DNA from: Candidatus Latescibacterota bacterium
Lineage (GTDB): Bacteria; Latescibacterota; UBA2968; UBA8231
NCBI GenBank assembly: GCA_964291625.2
Contig: OZ220090.1
Span: 896,001-960,000 of the forward strand
Direction of reading: 5' to 3'
Length of the DNA stretch: 64,000 nt
Shown here piece by piece: positions 39,017-48,867 of the stretch. The notes below the pieces were generated by a model that was not told the origin of the DNA, did not search any database, and saw only the letters and a list, made by a program, of their open reading frames with translations. Position 1 is the stretch's first letter. Each line of letters starts with the position of its first letter. The position numbers and the translations under genes are program-made.

Positions 39017-40766
39017 TCCGATCACGCGCGAGATCGTCAAGAACGCCCTGGCCTCGGCCGCCGACGAGATGGCCGTCGCCCTCTACCGGACCGCCTACTC
39101 CACGGTGGTGCGCGACTGCCTCGACTACTCCACCTCCCTGTGCGACGCCGACGGCGAGATGATCGCCCAGGGGGTGACGATCCCCCTGCACCTCGGGGCG
39201 GTGCCGTACGCCATGGAGACCCTCTTCGCCCGCTTCGGCGACGACATGGAGCCCGGCGACGTCTTCATCCTCAACGACCCCTTCGACGGCGGCATGCACA
39301 TCCCCGACATCTTCGTGGTGCAGCCCGTCTTCCGGGAGGAGGAGCGGGTCGCCTTCGCCGTGAGCACCGCCCACCACCTCGACCTTGGCGGCCGTCTGCC
39401 CGGCAGCTCGGCGTGCGACAACACCGAGATCTTCCAGGACGGGCTGCGCATCCCCTGGCTCAAGCTCTACCGCCGCGGCGTGCCGGACGAGAGCCTCTTC
39501 ACCCTCCTGAGGGCGAACGTGCGGGTGCCGCACATGACGATCGGCGACCTGCGGGCCCAGCTCGCCGCCTGCCACATGGGCGAGCGCGCCATCCACGAGC
39601 TGATCGACCGCTACGGGCGCGAGACCTTCCGGCGCTGCGCCGCCGACCTCATCGACTACACCGAGCGCCTGGTGCGCGCCGAGATCGCCTCCTGGCCCGA
39701 CGGCAGCCGGACCTTCGTCGACCACATGGACGACGACGGCGTCGGCGGCGGGTCCGTGCGCCTGCAGGTGAAGATCACCATCGACGGCGACCGCCTGACG
39801 GCCGACTTCACCGGCTCGGCGCCCCAGGTGCGCGGCGCCCTCAACAACACCCTCTCCTTCACCGCCTCGGTGGTGGGCCTGTGCGTGCGCTCGGTCCTGC
39901 GCGGGGAGGTGCCGAACACGGCGGGCATGTTCCGGCCCCTCCAGATCATCGCCCCCGAGGGGACGGTGGTGCACGGCGCCATGCCGGCGGCGTCGTCCAT
40001 GCGCGGGGTCACCGGCTTCCGCCTCGTGGACACGGTCCTGGGGGCCCTCTCCGGCCTGCTGCCCGACCGGGTGATGGCCGCCGGCGAGGGCGGCAACTCC
40101 CTCGTCGTCTTCGGCGGCGCCCGCGACGACGGCGCGCCCTACGTCTACTACGAGCTGATGTCGGGGACCTGGGGCGGGCGGCCGGACCGCGACGGCAACG
40201 ACGGCCTGTGCAACCCCGCCAACGTGGCCAGCAACATCCCCGTGGAGCAGGCCGAGTCGGAGTACCCCATCCGCATCGAGCGCTACGGGTACGTGCCCGA
40301 CAGCGGCGGCGCCGGCACCTTCCGCGGCGGCCTGGGCCTGGAGCGGGAGTGGCGCCTGCTGGCGGGCGAGGCCCACCTGGCGATCCGCTCCGACCGCCGC
40401 CGGCACCCGCCGTACGGCCTCTACGGCGGCGGGCCCGGCCGGCCCTCCCACACGGTGCTGCACCGCGAGGAGGGCGAGGAGGTGCTGCCGACGATGATCT
40501 CCACGAGGGTCCGCGCCGGCGAGCGGGTCCACCACCGCCAGGCCGGGGGCGGCGGCTGGGGCGACCCCCTGGGCCGGGACCCGCGGGCGGTGGCCGACGA
40601 CGTGCGCAACGGCAAGGTCACGGCCGAGGCGGCGCGGCGCGACCACGGGGTGGTGCTCGACGGGGAGACCGGCGAGGTCGAGACGGAGGCCACCGAGGCC
40701 CTGCGCCGGCGGATGGCGGAGGAGGGGAGACGCCCCAGGCAGGTCCCTTCCGGCGAGGAGGGATAG
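39003..40766 (+). CDS. Hydantoinase/oxoprolinase subunit B
   Basis: RTAYSTVVRDCLDYS, NDPFDGGMHIPD, HHLDLGG, DSGGAGTFRGG, GGGGWGDP. Confidence 0.92.
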   Translation: MSRVDPITREIVKNALASAADEMAVALYRTAYSTVVRDCLDYSTSLCDADGEMIAQGVTIPLHLGAVPYAMETLFARFGDDMEPGDVFILNDPFDGGMHIPDIFVVQPVFREEERVAFAVSTAHHLDLGGRLPGSSACDNTEIFQDGLRIPWLKLYRRGVPDESLFTLLRANVRVPHMTIGDLRAQLAACHMGERAIHELIDRYGRETFRRCAADLIDYTERLVRAEIASWPDGSRTFVDHMDDDGVGGGSVRLQVKITIDGDRLTADFTGSAPQVRGALNNTLSFTASVVGLCVRSVLRGEVPNTAGMFRPLQIIAPEGTVVHGAMPAASSMRGVTGFRLVDTVLGALSGLLPDRVMAAGEGGNSLVVFGGARDDGAPYVYYELMSGTWGGRPDRDGNDGLCNPANVASNIPVEQAESEYPIRIERYGYVPDSGGAGTFRGGLGLEREWRLLAGEAHLAIRSDRRRHPPYGLYGGGPGRPSHTVLHREEGEEVLPTMISTRVRAGERVHHRQAGGGGWGDPLGRDPRAVADDVRNGKVTAEAARRDHGVVLDGETGEVETEATEALRRRMAEEGRRPRQVPSGEEG

Positions 40767-40962
40767 AGCTGCCGTGGCAGCCCATCCGGCCGCCGCGGAG
40801 TTCGCGCTGCGCCAGCGAGCGCCGGACGCGGTCAACCCCGACGCCGCCGGCTCAGCCCGCGGTGCCAAGGCCGACCTCCATGCTGCGCCGAGGCGGGCAC
40901 CGTCGGAGGGCACAGGGGCCGTGCCGGTGTCGACGCCCCCGAGGACCAGAGGTAGACCCGGC

Positions 40963-42576
40963 TTGACAGGCTCATCCGGCCGCCGGGCGGACCTCGTGCT
41001 GCGGGGCGGCACCGTCGTGGACGGCACCGGGGCGCCGCCGGCCATCGCCGACGTGGCCGTGACGGGCGGACGCATCCTCGATGTCGGGCCGGCCATCGGG
41101 CTGACCGCCGCCGAGACCCTGGACGTCTCCGGCCTCCTCGTGACGCCCGGGTTCATCGACATCCACAGCCACTCCGACTTCACCCTCACCGTCGATCCGA
41201 GGGCCGTCAGCTCCATCGCCCAGGGGGTGACCCTGGAGGTGGTGGGCAACTGCGGCCACGGCTGCGCCCCCGTGGTCGACCCGAAGGCCGTCAAGGGCAA
41301 CGTCTACGGGTACTCGGAGGAGCATCCCATCCGCTGGGGCACGGTGGCCGAGTACCTCGACGTCCTCGAGGCCGGAGGGCCGGCGGTCAACGTGCTGACC
41401 CTGGTGCCCAACGGCAACCTGCGCCTGGCCGCCGCCGCCGACCTCGACCGTCCGAGCACCGCCGCCGAGCTGGCCCGCATGGAGAGCCTGTTGGAGCAGG
41501 GGCTGGAGGAGGGCGCCTTCGGGTTCTCCACCGGCCTGGAGTACGGCCCCGAGCAGGCCTGCTCCGAGGAGGAGGTGACCCGCCTGTGCCGGGTCGCGGC
41601 CCGGGCCTGGGGCTTCTACGCCACCCACACCCGCAACCGCGCCGGTCAGGCGCGGGAGACCGTGGCCGAGGCGGTCCGCACGGCCGAGGCCGCCGGCGTG
41701 CCGCTGCAGATCTCCCACATCTCGGTCGTGGCGCGGCTGGCCGAGGACGGGGGCCGGGCGGTGGCTGAGGCGGTCGAGCAGGTCGAGGCGGCGCGGCGCC
41801 GGGGGGTGGACGCCGGCTTCGACATGCACACCCGCCTCTTCGGCACGACCAACCTGAGCGCGGTGCTCCCCCCGGAGGCCCTGGCCGGCTCACGGGGCGA
41901 GATCGCCGGGCGGCTGTCCGGGGTCTCCGCCCGCCGGGAGCTGAAGCGCTACCCGAGCATCGTCCACGCCCTCGCCCGCGGCGACTGGAGCCGCATCCTG
42001 CTGGCCGAGTGCCGGGATCCGGCGCTGGCCCACCGGAGCGTGGCCGAGGTCGCCGAGGCCCGCGGCCAGGAGCCCCTCGACGCCGTCTACGACCTGCTCC
42101 TGGAGGAGATCGACGACCTCCACCGGCCGATGATCCTCGCCTTCTGCTACCGCGAGGAGGAGATCCGCCCCGCCTTCCAGCACCCGGACTGCATGGTCGG
42201 CTCCGACGCCACCGCCCTGGCCCCGGACGGGCCGCTGGCGGGGTCCGTCTTCCACGGCGCCTACACCTGGGCCGCCTGGTTCTACCGCCACTTCGTCACC
42301 GACCTCGGGCTGCTGCGGCCCGAGGAGGCGGTCCGGCGCCTCACCTCCCTGCCGGCGGAGCGCCTGGGGCTGTCCGACCGTGGCCGCATCCGCCCCGGGG
42401 CCTGGGCCGACCTGGCGGTGCTGGAGCCGGAGGGCTTCGCCGAGCGGGGCACCACCCGCGACCCGAACCGCACCGCCGCCGGCGTGCGCCACGTCTTGGT
42501 CAACGGCCGCTTGGCCCTGCGCGACGGCGCCCTCACCGCCGAGCGCGCGGGTCGGGTCCTGCGCCGGGTGGCTTGA
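40963..42576 (+). CDS. N-acyl-D-amino-acid deacylase (amidohydrolase)
   Basis: GGTVVDGTG, PGFIDIHSHSD, GNCG, GFSTGLEY, VGSD, GAWADL. Start uncertain (TTG 40963 chosen). Confidence 0.88.
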   Translation: MTGSSGRRADLVLRGGTVVDGTGAPPAIADVAVTGGRILDVGPAIGLTAAETLDVSGLLVTPGFIDIHSHSDFTLTVDPRAVSSIAQGVTLEVVGNCGHGCAPVVDPKAVKGNVYGYSEEHPIRWGTVAEYLDVLEAGGPAVNVLTLVPNGNLRLAAAADLDRPSTAAELARMESLLEQGLEEGAFGFSTGLEYGPEQACSEEEVTRLCRVAARAWGFYATHTRNRAGQARETVAEAVRTAEAAGVPLQISHISVVARLAEDGGRAVAEAVEQVEAARRRGVDAGFDMHTRLFGTTNLSAVLPPEALAGSRGEIAGRLSGVSARRELKRYPSIVHALARGDWSRILLAECRDPALAHRSVAEVAEARGQEPLDAVYDLLLEEIDDLHRPMILAFCYREEEIRPAFQHPDCMVGSDATALAPDGPLAGSVFHGAYTWAAWFYRHFVTDLGLLRPEEAVRRLTSLPAERLGLSDRGRIRPGAWADLAVLEPEGFAERGTTRDPNRTAAGVRHVLVNGRLALRDGALTAERAGRVLRRVA

Positions 42577-43081
42577 GGCCGGGGAGCACCGATCCAAGAG
42601 GGAGGAAGAGCCTGCTTCGCTGTCCCACCAATGGCTTGAAGCCGAAGCTCCGGTAGAACCGCGAGGCCCGCTCGTCCTTGGCATCGACGACCAGAGCATA
42701 GATGGCGATCTCTTCACTGACCGCCAGCGACCGCTTGACGGCATCGGCGAGGAGCAGCCTGCCGATGCCTTGTCCCTGGACGCCTTCAGACACAGCCAGC
42801 CGGCCGATCAGGGCGGCGGGAACCGGATGCCGGGGCAACCTGCGCGCCTTGTCCTCGGGCAGGCCGCTGAGCGCGATCGACAGCGAACTCAGGGTGTAGT
42901 AGCCGAGGACCGCCTCGGAGCCCTGCTCACAGCACACGAAGACGCGAGCGACACGGCGCCGCTGGTCTTGTCCGGCCTGCGTTCGGAGGTAGGAATCGAG
43001 GGCCTCGACCCCGCAGGAGAACGCCGCCCGGTCATGGACTCTGGCGAGCGGCGAGATGGCAAGTGGGGTGGAGGGCGTCAC
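42533..43081 (-). CDS. GNAT acetyltransferase toxin (TacT/AtaT type)
   Basis: HDRAAFSCGVEALDSYL, GYYTLS, LIGRLAV...QGQGIGRLLL, VVDAKDERASRFY. Confidence 0.9.
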   Translation of the reverse strand: MTPSTPLAISPLARVHDRAAFSCGVEALDSYLRTQAGQDQRRRVARVFVCCEQGSEAVLGYYTLSSLSIALSGLPEDKARRLPRHPVPAALIGRLAVSEGVQGQGIGRLLLADAVKRSLAVSEEIAIYALVVDAKDERASRFYRSFGFKPLVGQRSRLFLPLGSVLPGLKPPGAGPDPRARR

Positions 43082-43365
43082 TCCGGGGAAACGCGGAGGG
43101 CATGCTCCTTCAGGGCCGCGGCAAGCCTGGAGTTCATCGCGGACGGCTGAAGGAGAGCATCGAAGAACACCTCCGCATCCCGACGTTTCAACACCATGGT
43201 CTCGTGTTTCCGGATCGTCTGCTCCGCCTGGGCCAGCGCACTTGACAGAATGAAGCTGCTCGTGGTCTTGCCCTCGAAGCTGGCTGCCTGCTCGATCCGC
43301 TCCTTGGCCGCCGGGTCCAGGCGAATGTTGAAACGCTCGCTCTTGGCTGTGGACGTCTGCGACAT
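43078..43365 (-). CDS. DUF1778 RHH antitoxin (TacA/AtaR type)
   Basis: KSERFNIRL...IEQAA...SSFILSSA...FFDALLQP. Overlaps the toxin start. Confidence 0.9.
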   Translation of the reverse strand: MSQTSTAKSERFNIRLDPAAKERIEQAASFEGKTTSSFILSSALAQAEQTIRKHETMVLKRRDAEVFFDALLQPSAMNSRLAAALKEHALRVSPE

Positions 43366-43407
43366 GTGAATCCTCCCGTCGGTGACCCCGAGTTGGTCCG
43401 TGGTGGC

Positions 43408-43436
43408 AGTGTACGTCGATATGGTGCCTTGGTCAA
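43408..43436 (-). promoter_or_regulatory. sigma70 promoter of the TA operon
   Basis: Minus strand TTGACC-17 bp-TACACT, with GGAGG RBS before ATG 43365. Confidence 0.65.
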
Positions 43437-43642
43437 CAGCCCGCCATTCAGCCGGCCGTTCTCGGAGGCCGTGGGTCAGCCGTCGTCGCCCCCCAACGAC
43501 CTGCGCAGCGGCAGCAGGTCCGGCGCAGGAACGCTGGACGGAGCCTCACCGTGCCTGTAGAGTGTCCCGTGAAGGCGGCAGAGTTGATCGGATCTCCCTA
43601 CCCGCGCGGTGGCCGGAGCCCGGCGGCGAGGCGGAGGACGAG

Positions 43643-43810
43643 GTGACCACTGGACGGATCATTCGGGATCGCATCTCGCGCACCGACCTGGCGAGCCTGG
43701 CCGAGGAGCAGTTCGGGGACTGGATCGAGTTCGACTCGATGACCAACCTGCGGCCGAGCCAGGGCAACCGAGGCCGAATCCGGGAGGTCGTCGAATCCCT
43801 GGTTCCATGA
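43643..43810 (+). pseudogene. Internally deleted DUF5674-like gene
   Basis: IIRDRISRTDLASLAEEQFGD is joined directly to WIEFDSMTNLRPSQGNR. From recall of this family, the middle portion is missing. Confidence 0.5.
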
Positions 43811-44196
43811 CCAGAGTCCTGCACAGGAACGCCGCGGAGGGCTGGGCGCGGCTGGAGCTGGTGGAGCAGCTCGGGAACGTGGGCAGCGAGGTGGAGCGCG
43901 CGATCCGGGCCCACGAGGCCGGCCGCACTGCCCGGTTCGAGAGCGCCCTCGAGCGGGCCCTGGAGCTGTTCGATCTGACCGCCACCGACCCCCGCTGGCG
44001 AGGTCACCGGTGCCAGGAAATCCTGCGCGCACGCGAGCAGTTCTGCCGCCTCTTCTTCGATCCCCACGTGCCGCCCGACTCGGCCCCAGGGCTCAGACGC
44101 TACTTCTTCGGATTCGCTTGGGCGGCCCGGGCGCTTCATCATCGCCGGCAGTCCGGGGATTCCCGGGTCGAAGGCCAAGCCGGCCCCGGGGCATAG
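43807..44196 (+). CDS. Conserved hypothetical helical protein
   Basis: ATGA overlap. W..L.L.EQLGNVGSEVERA...ERALELFDLT..DPRW...EILRARE pattern. Confidence 0.65.
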   Translation: MTRVLHRNAAEGWARLELVEQLGNVGSEVERAIRAHEAGRTARFESALERALELFDLTATDPRWRGHRCQEILRAREQFCRLFFDPHVPPDSAPGLRRYFFGFAWAARALHHRRQSGDSRVEGQAGPGA

Positions 44197-44198
44197 AG

Positions 44199-45713
44199 GT
44201 GTCCGGCAGCCCGACAGGGGGGGAAGGCGGTCCAGGCGGCGCCGGCCTGCTCCGGCCCGCCGCCGTGACCCTGCTCGCGGCCGGCTTCTACCGCCTCCTG
44301 CAGCAGCTCCTCACCGTTCCGGGTCTGGACCCGTCGGTCCTGGCCGAGTACGGACTGGACCGCCCCTCAGGGCTGCCCGGGGGCGGTCCGGTGCACCTCG
44401 TGGCGCCGTGGATGCCCCACGCCGTCTCGGGGACCGCGGCCATCGGCACCTATGTCAGCGCCTCCGTCCTCGTCGTCCTCCTGAGCGGCCTGATCCCCTC
44501 CCTGCGGCGCCTGCGGGAGGCGGGCGTCTCGAACCAGGCCGGCTTCCAGTGGGTCATCGCCGCGGCCACCGCCCTCCTGGCCGCGGGCCACGCGCTGGTG
44601 ACGGCCCTCTACCTCGAGGGAATCCAAGGCCCGCTGTCCGGGCTGCCCGCGGTCCCGGCCCCGGGGTGGGCCTTCCGCGCGGGGACGATGCTGACCGCGA
44701 CCGCCGCCGCCCTGCTGGTCCTGTGGCTGGCCCGGCAGGTCACCGCCCGGGGTCTCGGCAACGGCGTGGTCATGCTGCTGGCGGCCGACATCCTCGGACG
44801 GTGGTACGCGGCTGCGCCGGCCCAGTGGCTGGACTGGACCGGGGCCATCGATCCCGTCCATCAGGGAGTTCGGGCGGCCCTGTTCCTCCTGGCCCTGCTG
44901 GTGCTGGCCATAGTCCTGCTGAAGGCGCGGCGCCTCGTGCCCCTGGAGCGGACCTCCGGCCCCGCCGGAGCGGAGGCGGAAGCGGCTCCGTCCCTGCCTC
45001 TGCGGATCAATCCCTGCGGCGCACTGCCCGCGGTGGCGGCCCCTGTGTGGCTCTTCACCGGCTTCGACCTGGCCGCGGGTCCGTCCCTGGTTGCCGCCGC
45101 CATCGCCACCTGCCTGCTCGTGGTGCTGGCCGCCCACCTCTACGCTGTCGAGGTCTTCCATCCCCGCGACGCCGTCGAGCGCCTCGGGTGGCTCGGGTTC
45201 CGCCTCACCGAGGCCGCTTCCCCCGAAGACGCCGTCCGTCGTCTGCGCGGCGCCCAGCAGCGTGTCATGGTGCCCGGCACGCTCGGACTCTGCGCGCTGG
45301 CCCTGGCCCCCTGGATCGCCGGCAGCGGACTGGACCTGCCCCCGGACTGGAGCTTCATGTGCGGTCTCGACGCCCTCGTCCTGGCAGCCGCGGGCCTCCA
45401 CCTGCGGCAGCAGATCCGCAGCCGGAGGTCCCTCGCCGGCCGCGAGGTTGCCCCGGTGCTGGTTGCCGAGACCCGGTTCGAGCTCGACCTCGCCGCCGAC
45501 GTCCTGCGCCGGGCCGGCATCGACAGCCGGATCCGCGACGACCGGGTGATCGCCGCCACCGGCACCCACGCCCTCTGGGAGGTCAGCCGGCCGCGGTGGC
45601 CGAGCCTGGCCGTGTACCCGCACCTCGGCGGCGGCCAGGCCCTGCTGCTGGTGGACGCCGCCGAGGCCGAGGCGGCCGAGGGAGTGCTGCGGGAGGCCGG
45701 GCAGGAGGTTTAG
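44199..45713 (+). CDS. Divergent SecY-like membrane protein with C-terminal DUF2007-like domain
   Basis: VPGLD, AIGTYVSASVLVVLL..LIPSLRRLREAG, LTATAAALLVLWLARQVTARGLGNGVVMLL, LPLRINPCGALPAVAA, FHPRDAVERL. Tail EL.LAADVLRRAGIDSRIRD...LLVDAAEAEAAEGVL. Confidence 0.75.
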   Translation: MSGSPTGGEGGPGGAGLLRPAAVTLLAAGFYRLLQQLLTVPGLDPSVLAEYGLDRPSGLPGGGPVHLVAPWMPHAVSGTAAIGTYVSASVLVVLLSGLIPSLRRLREAGVSNQAGFQWVIAAATALLAAGHALVTALYLEGIQGPLSGLPAVPAPGWAFRAGTMLTATAAALLVLWLARQVTARGLGNGVVMLLAADILGRWYAAAPAQWLDWTGAIDPVHQGVRAALFLLALLVLAIVLLKARRLVPLERTSGPAGAEAEAAPSLPLRINPCGALPAVAAPVWLFTGFDLAAGPSLVAAAIATCLLVVLAAHLYAVEVFHPRDAVERLGWLGFRLTEAASPEDAVRRLRGAQQRVMVPGTLGLCALALAPWIAGSGLDLPPDWSFMCGLDALVLAAAGLHLRQQIRSRRSLAGREVAPVLVAETRFELDLAADVLRRAGIDSRIRDDRVIAATGTHALWEVSRPRWPSLAVYPHLGGGQALLLVDAAEAEAAEGVLREAGQEV

Positions 45714-45845
45714 ACGCCGGCCGAGGCTGGGGCGCGGCGCGAGGACCGCGTTCGATTCGTCGGCGATCGCGCGGCGCGGGACTGACAGCCGTTCGCTGGG
45801 GGCGAGCCACCACAGCAAGGCATGGGTGTCCAGCAGGACACGCAC
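45714..45845 (-). pseudogene. Truncated VapC/PIN toxin
   Basis: MRVLLDTHALLWWLAPSERLS...AIADESN, then PIN similarity is lost at the 3' end of the SecY-like gene. Confidence 0.75.
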
Positions 45846-45846
45846 G

Positions 45847-46082
<236 letters not shown>

Positions 46083-46195
46083 TCAGATTGCCAGGATCGA
46101 CAGGGTCAAGGCCAGCGTCCCACATCGCCCGGACATCCATCGCCAGGCACGGGGATTGGCCCGCTCCGTCCGATGGCCTATGATGAGCCACCCCC

Positions 46196-46564
46196 ATGCA
46201 AGCCCGATCTCCCCTCTTCATCCACTACGTCGCCGACATGGACAGGGCGATCCGGTTCTACACCGGCGTCTTCAAGGCCCCCGTCGCCTTCCGGTCCTCC
46301 GGCTGGACGACCCTGGAGTTCGACGGCTTCCAGCTCGCCCTGCACGTCTGGTCCGCGGACCGGCTGCAGGAGGTGCTCCTGCCGAACGCCGGACTCTGCC
46401 TGCTGGTCGACTCGATCGAGGAGTTCCAGCGGTCGATCGAGTCCCACGGCGGCTCGATGGAGAGCCTCCGGGAGCCCAAGGAGGGCGTGCCGGTGCGGGT
46501 CGCTTCCTTCCTCGATCCGGAAGGCAACGGCTTCGACCTCCGGCAGGAGGTCCGCTCCGGCTGA
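46196..46564 (+). CDS. VOC/glyoxalase family protein
   Basis: YVADMDRAIRFY...FLDPEGNGFDL. Confidence 0.85.
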   Translation: MQARSPLFIHYVADMDRAIRFYTGVFKAPVAFRSSGWTTLEFDGFQLALHVWSADRLQEVLLPNAGLCLLVDSIEEFQRSIESHGGSMESLREPKEGVPVRVASFLDPEGNGFDLRQEVRSG

Positions 46565-47592
46565 TGTCCCGGGTGCGACTGGCCCTCGTCGGGTGCGGCG
46601 GCATGTCGAGGTCGCACCTGCGCCGCTTCCACGTCCTCTCCGACCGCCTGGAGCTGGTCGCCGCGGTCGACGTCGACGCCGGCAAGGCCGCCGCCGTGGC
46701 CGAGATGATGCCCGGTGTGCACTCGGCCGCCGACTACCGCGAGGTCCTCGACGAGGTCGACGCCGTCCTCCTCGTCCTCCCCCACCACGAGCACCACCCC
46801 GTGGGGCTCGCCTGCCTGCGGGCCGGCAAGCACGTCCTGTTGGAGAAGCCGATGGCCATCGGCGAGGCCGCCTGCCTGGAGCTGATCGACGCCAGCCGCG
46901 CCGCCGGGCGGGTGCTGATGATCGCCTACTGCATGCGCTTCCACCCCCTCGTGTCGGGCATGAAGCGGCTCATCGACGACGGCGCCTGCGGCGACGTCTT
47001 CCAGGTCTCCATCTGGACCGAGCAGCTCACCCGCTACCACGAGGGGCACTGGGCCCTGAAGGAGGCCACCCTCGGCGGCGGCCAGTTCTTCAGCCACGGC
47101 TGCCACTACGTCGACATCCTGCTGTGGTACCTGGGACGGCCGGTGCGCGGCGTGCACTTGGGCACCAACCGGGGCACCCCCTGGATGGAGCGCGAGGGGA
47201 CGAGCAACGCCGTCCTCGAGTTCGAGGGCGGCCGCCTGGGCTACCACTTCGGCACCTGGGGCGCCCGCGGCACGCGCCTGGGCTACGCCTTCCACGCCCA
47301 CGGCACCGAGGGCATGATCGAGGCCGACATCCGGGGCGGCGAGCTGCGCCTGCTGAAGGGCGGGGAGACGGAGGTCGTGGCCCGCCACGAGACCGGCAAG
47401 CACACGGAGAACGAGATGGCTCACTTCCTCGACTGCATCGAGAGCGGCACCGAGCCCCTCACGGGCGGGCCGGCGAGCCTGCAGAGCCTGCGGGCGATCT
47501 GGCGCATGTACGAGGCCGAGGTCGCCGGCGGCATGGCCGACCTGAGGGGCCTGGGCCTGGACCAGGTCGACGACCGCGGGAGGCTGACGTGA
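46564..47592 (+). CDS. Gfo/Idh/MocA oxidoreductase
   Basis: LVGCGGM, GKHVLLEKPM, GGG...HGCHYVD. Confidence 0.92.
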   Translation: MSRVRLALVGCGGMSRSHLRRFHVLSDRLELVAAVDVDAGKAAAVAEMMPGVHSAADYREVLDEVDAVLLVLPHHEHHPVGLACLRAGKHVLLEKPMAIGEAACLELIDASRAAGRVLMIAYCMRFHPLVSGMKRLIDDGACGDVFQVSIWTEQLTRYHEGHWALKEATLGGGQFFSHGCHYVDILLWYLGRPVRGVHLGTNRGTPWMEREGTSNAVLEFEGGRLGYHFGTWGARGTRLGYAFHAHGTEGMIEADIRGGELRLLKGGETEVVARHETGKHTENEMAHFLDCIESGTEPLTGGPASLQSLRAIWRMYEAEVAGGMADLRGLGLDQVDDRGRLT

Positions 47593-48863
47593 GAGTCGGA
47601 GCCGCCCGCGTCGACATCACCCCCCGGGAGCCGGTGTGGCTCACCGGGTACGCGAACCGCGACCACCGCTCGGAGGGCTCGTACGCCCCCCTCTTCGCCG
47701 GCGCCCTCTACCTGGAGGGGGATGGGGACCGCGCCCTGGTGATCACCGCCGACGTCATCGGCTTCTCGCCGCCCTGCGACGCCGAGGCCCGGCAGGCGGT
47801 CTGCGACGCCACGGGCCTGCTGCCGCGGCAGGTGGTGCTCACCGCCACCCACACCCACTGCGCGCCCTTCCTCTCGCCCTGGAACATGCCCGGCGAGGTC
47901 GAGGCCGGGTACGCCGACTGGCTGATCGGGCGTCTCCAGGGGGCCGCGGTCACCGCCGCCGGCGCCGCCGTCGAGGGGCGGGTCGAGTTCTCCCGGGGGC
48001 GCTCGACCTTCGGCGTCAACCGCCGCCTTCCCGACGGCCACGGCGGCGTCAGCTTCGCGCCGAACCCCGACGGACCGATCGACCGCGACCTGGACACCCT
48101 GTGGTTCCGCGGCGCGGGGGGAGACCTGCTCGCCTCGCTCACCGTGTACGGGTGCCACCCCACCAGCATCGGCGGCTACCTCGTGGGCCCGGACTATCCC
48201 GGCTTCCTCTGCCGGCACCTGGGGGCGCGCACCGGGGCCCCCGCCCTCTTCGCCACCGGCTGCGCCGGCGACGTGCGGCCCTGGTTCGGCGCCGGCGACC
48301 ACGACGGCTTCGCGCGGCCCACGCTGGAGGAGCTGGAGGAGGCCGGGGCGGGCATGGCGGCCGAGGTCCTGGAGACGCTCCCCGCGGCCGAGGCCGTGGC
48401 CGCCGACGGGCTGTGCGTAGACCACCTCCACCACCGGCTGCCCTACGCCGGGCTGCCGTCGATGGAACAACTGGAGGAAGCGGCGGGCAGCGGCGACGAC
48501 CACTGGCGCCGCTGGGGCGAGATGATGCTGCCCCGGGCCCGCGCCGGCGGCCTGGCCGACGCCTGCGTCCACGAGATCCAGATGCTGCAGCTCAACCCCG
48601 ACTTCCGCGTCGTCTTCCTCGGCGGCGAGGTGCTCTCCGAGATCGGCCTGCACATCAAGAAGGCCCTCGCCCCCGCCACGACGGTGACCGTGGCCTACGC
48701 CAACGGCCTGATCGCCTACGTCCCCAGCGCCGCCGCCGTCCCCCTCGGGGGCTACGAGGTGGACGGATCCTTCCACTACTTCCAGAGGCCCGCCCCCTTC
48801 ACCGCCGACTGCGAGAGGCTCCTCGTCGAGGGGACCGCCTCCCTGGCCGCCCGCCTGAGCTGA
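47589..48863 (+). CDS. Neutral/alkaline ceramidase-like hydrolase
   Basis: VGAARVDITP, TATHTHCAP, VNRR, YGCHPT, DYPG, TGCAGD, GGYE. Confidence 0.8.
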   Translation: MRVGAARVDITPREPVWLTGYANRDHRSEGSYAPLFAGALYLEGDGDRALVITADVIGFSPPCDAEARQAVCDATGLLPRQVVLTATHTHCAPFLSPWNMPGEVEAGYADWLIGRLQGAAVTAAGAAVEGRVEFSRGRSTFGVNRRLPDGHGGVSFAPNPDGPIDRDLDTLWFRGAGGDLLASLTVYGCHPTSIGGYLVGPDYPGFLCRHLGARTGAPALFATGCAGDVRPWFGAGDHDGFARPTLEELEEAGAGMAAEVLETLPAAEAVAADGLCVDHLHHRLPYAGLPSMEQLEEAAGSGDDHWRRWGEMMLPRARAGGLADACVHEIQMLQLNPDFRVVFLGGEVLSEIGLHIKKALAPATTVTVAYANGLIAYVPSAAAVPLGGYEVDGSFHYFQRPAPFTADCERLLVEGTASLAARLS

Positions 48864-48867
48864 GGAC

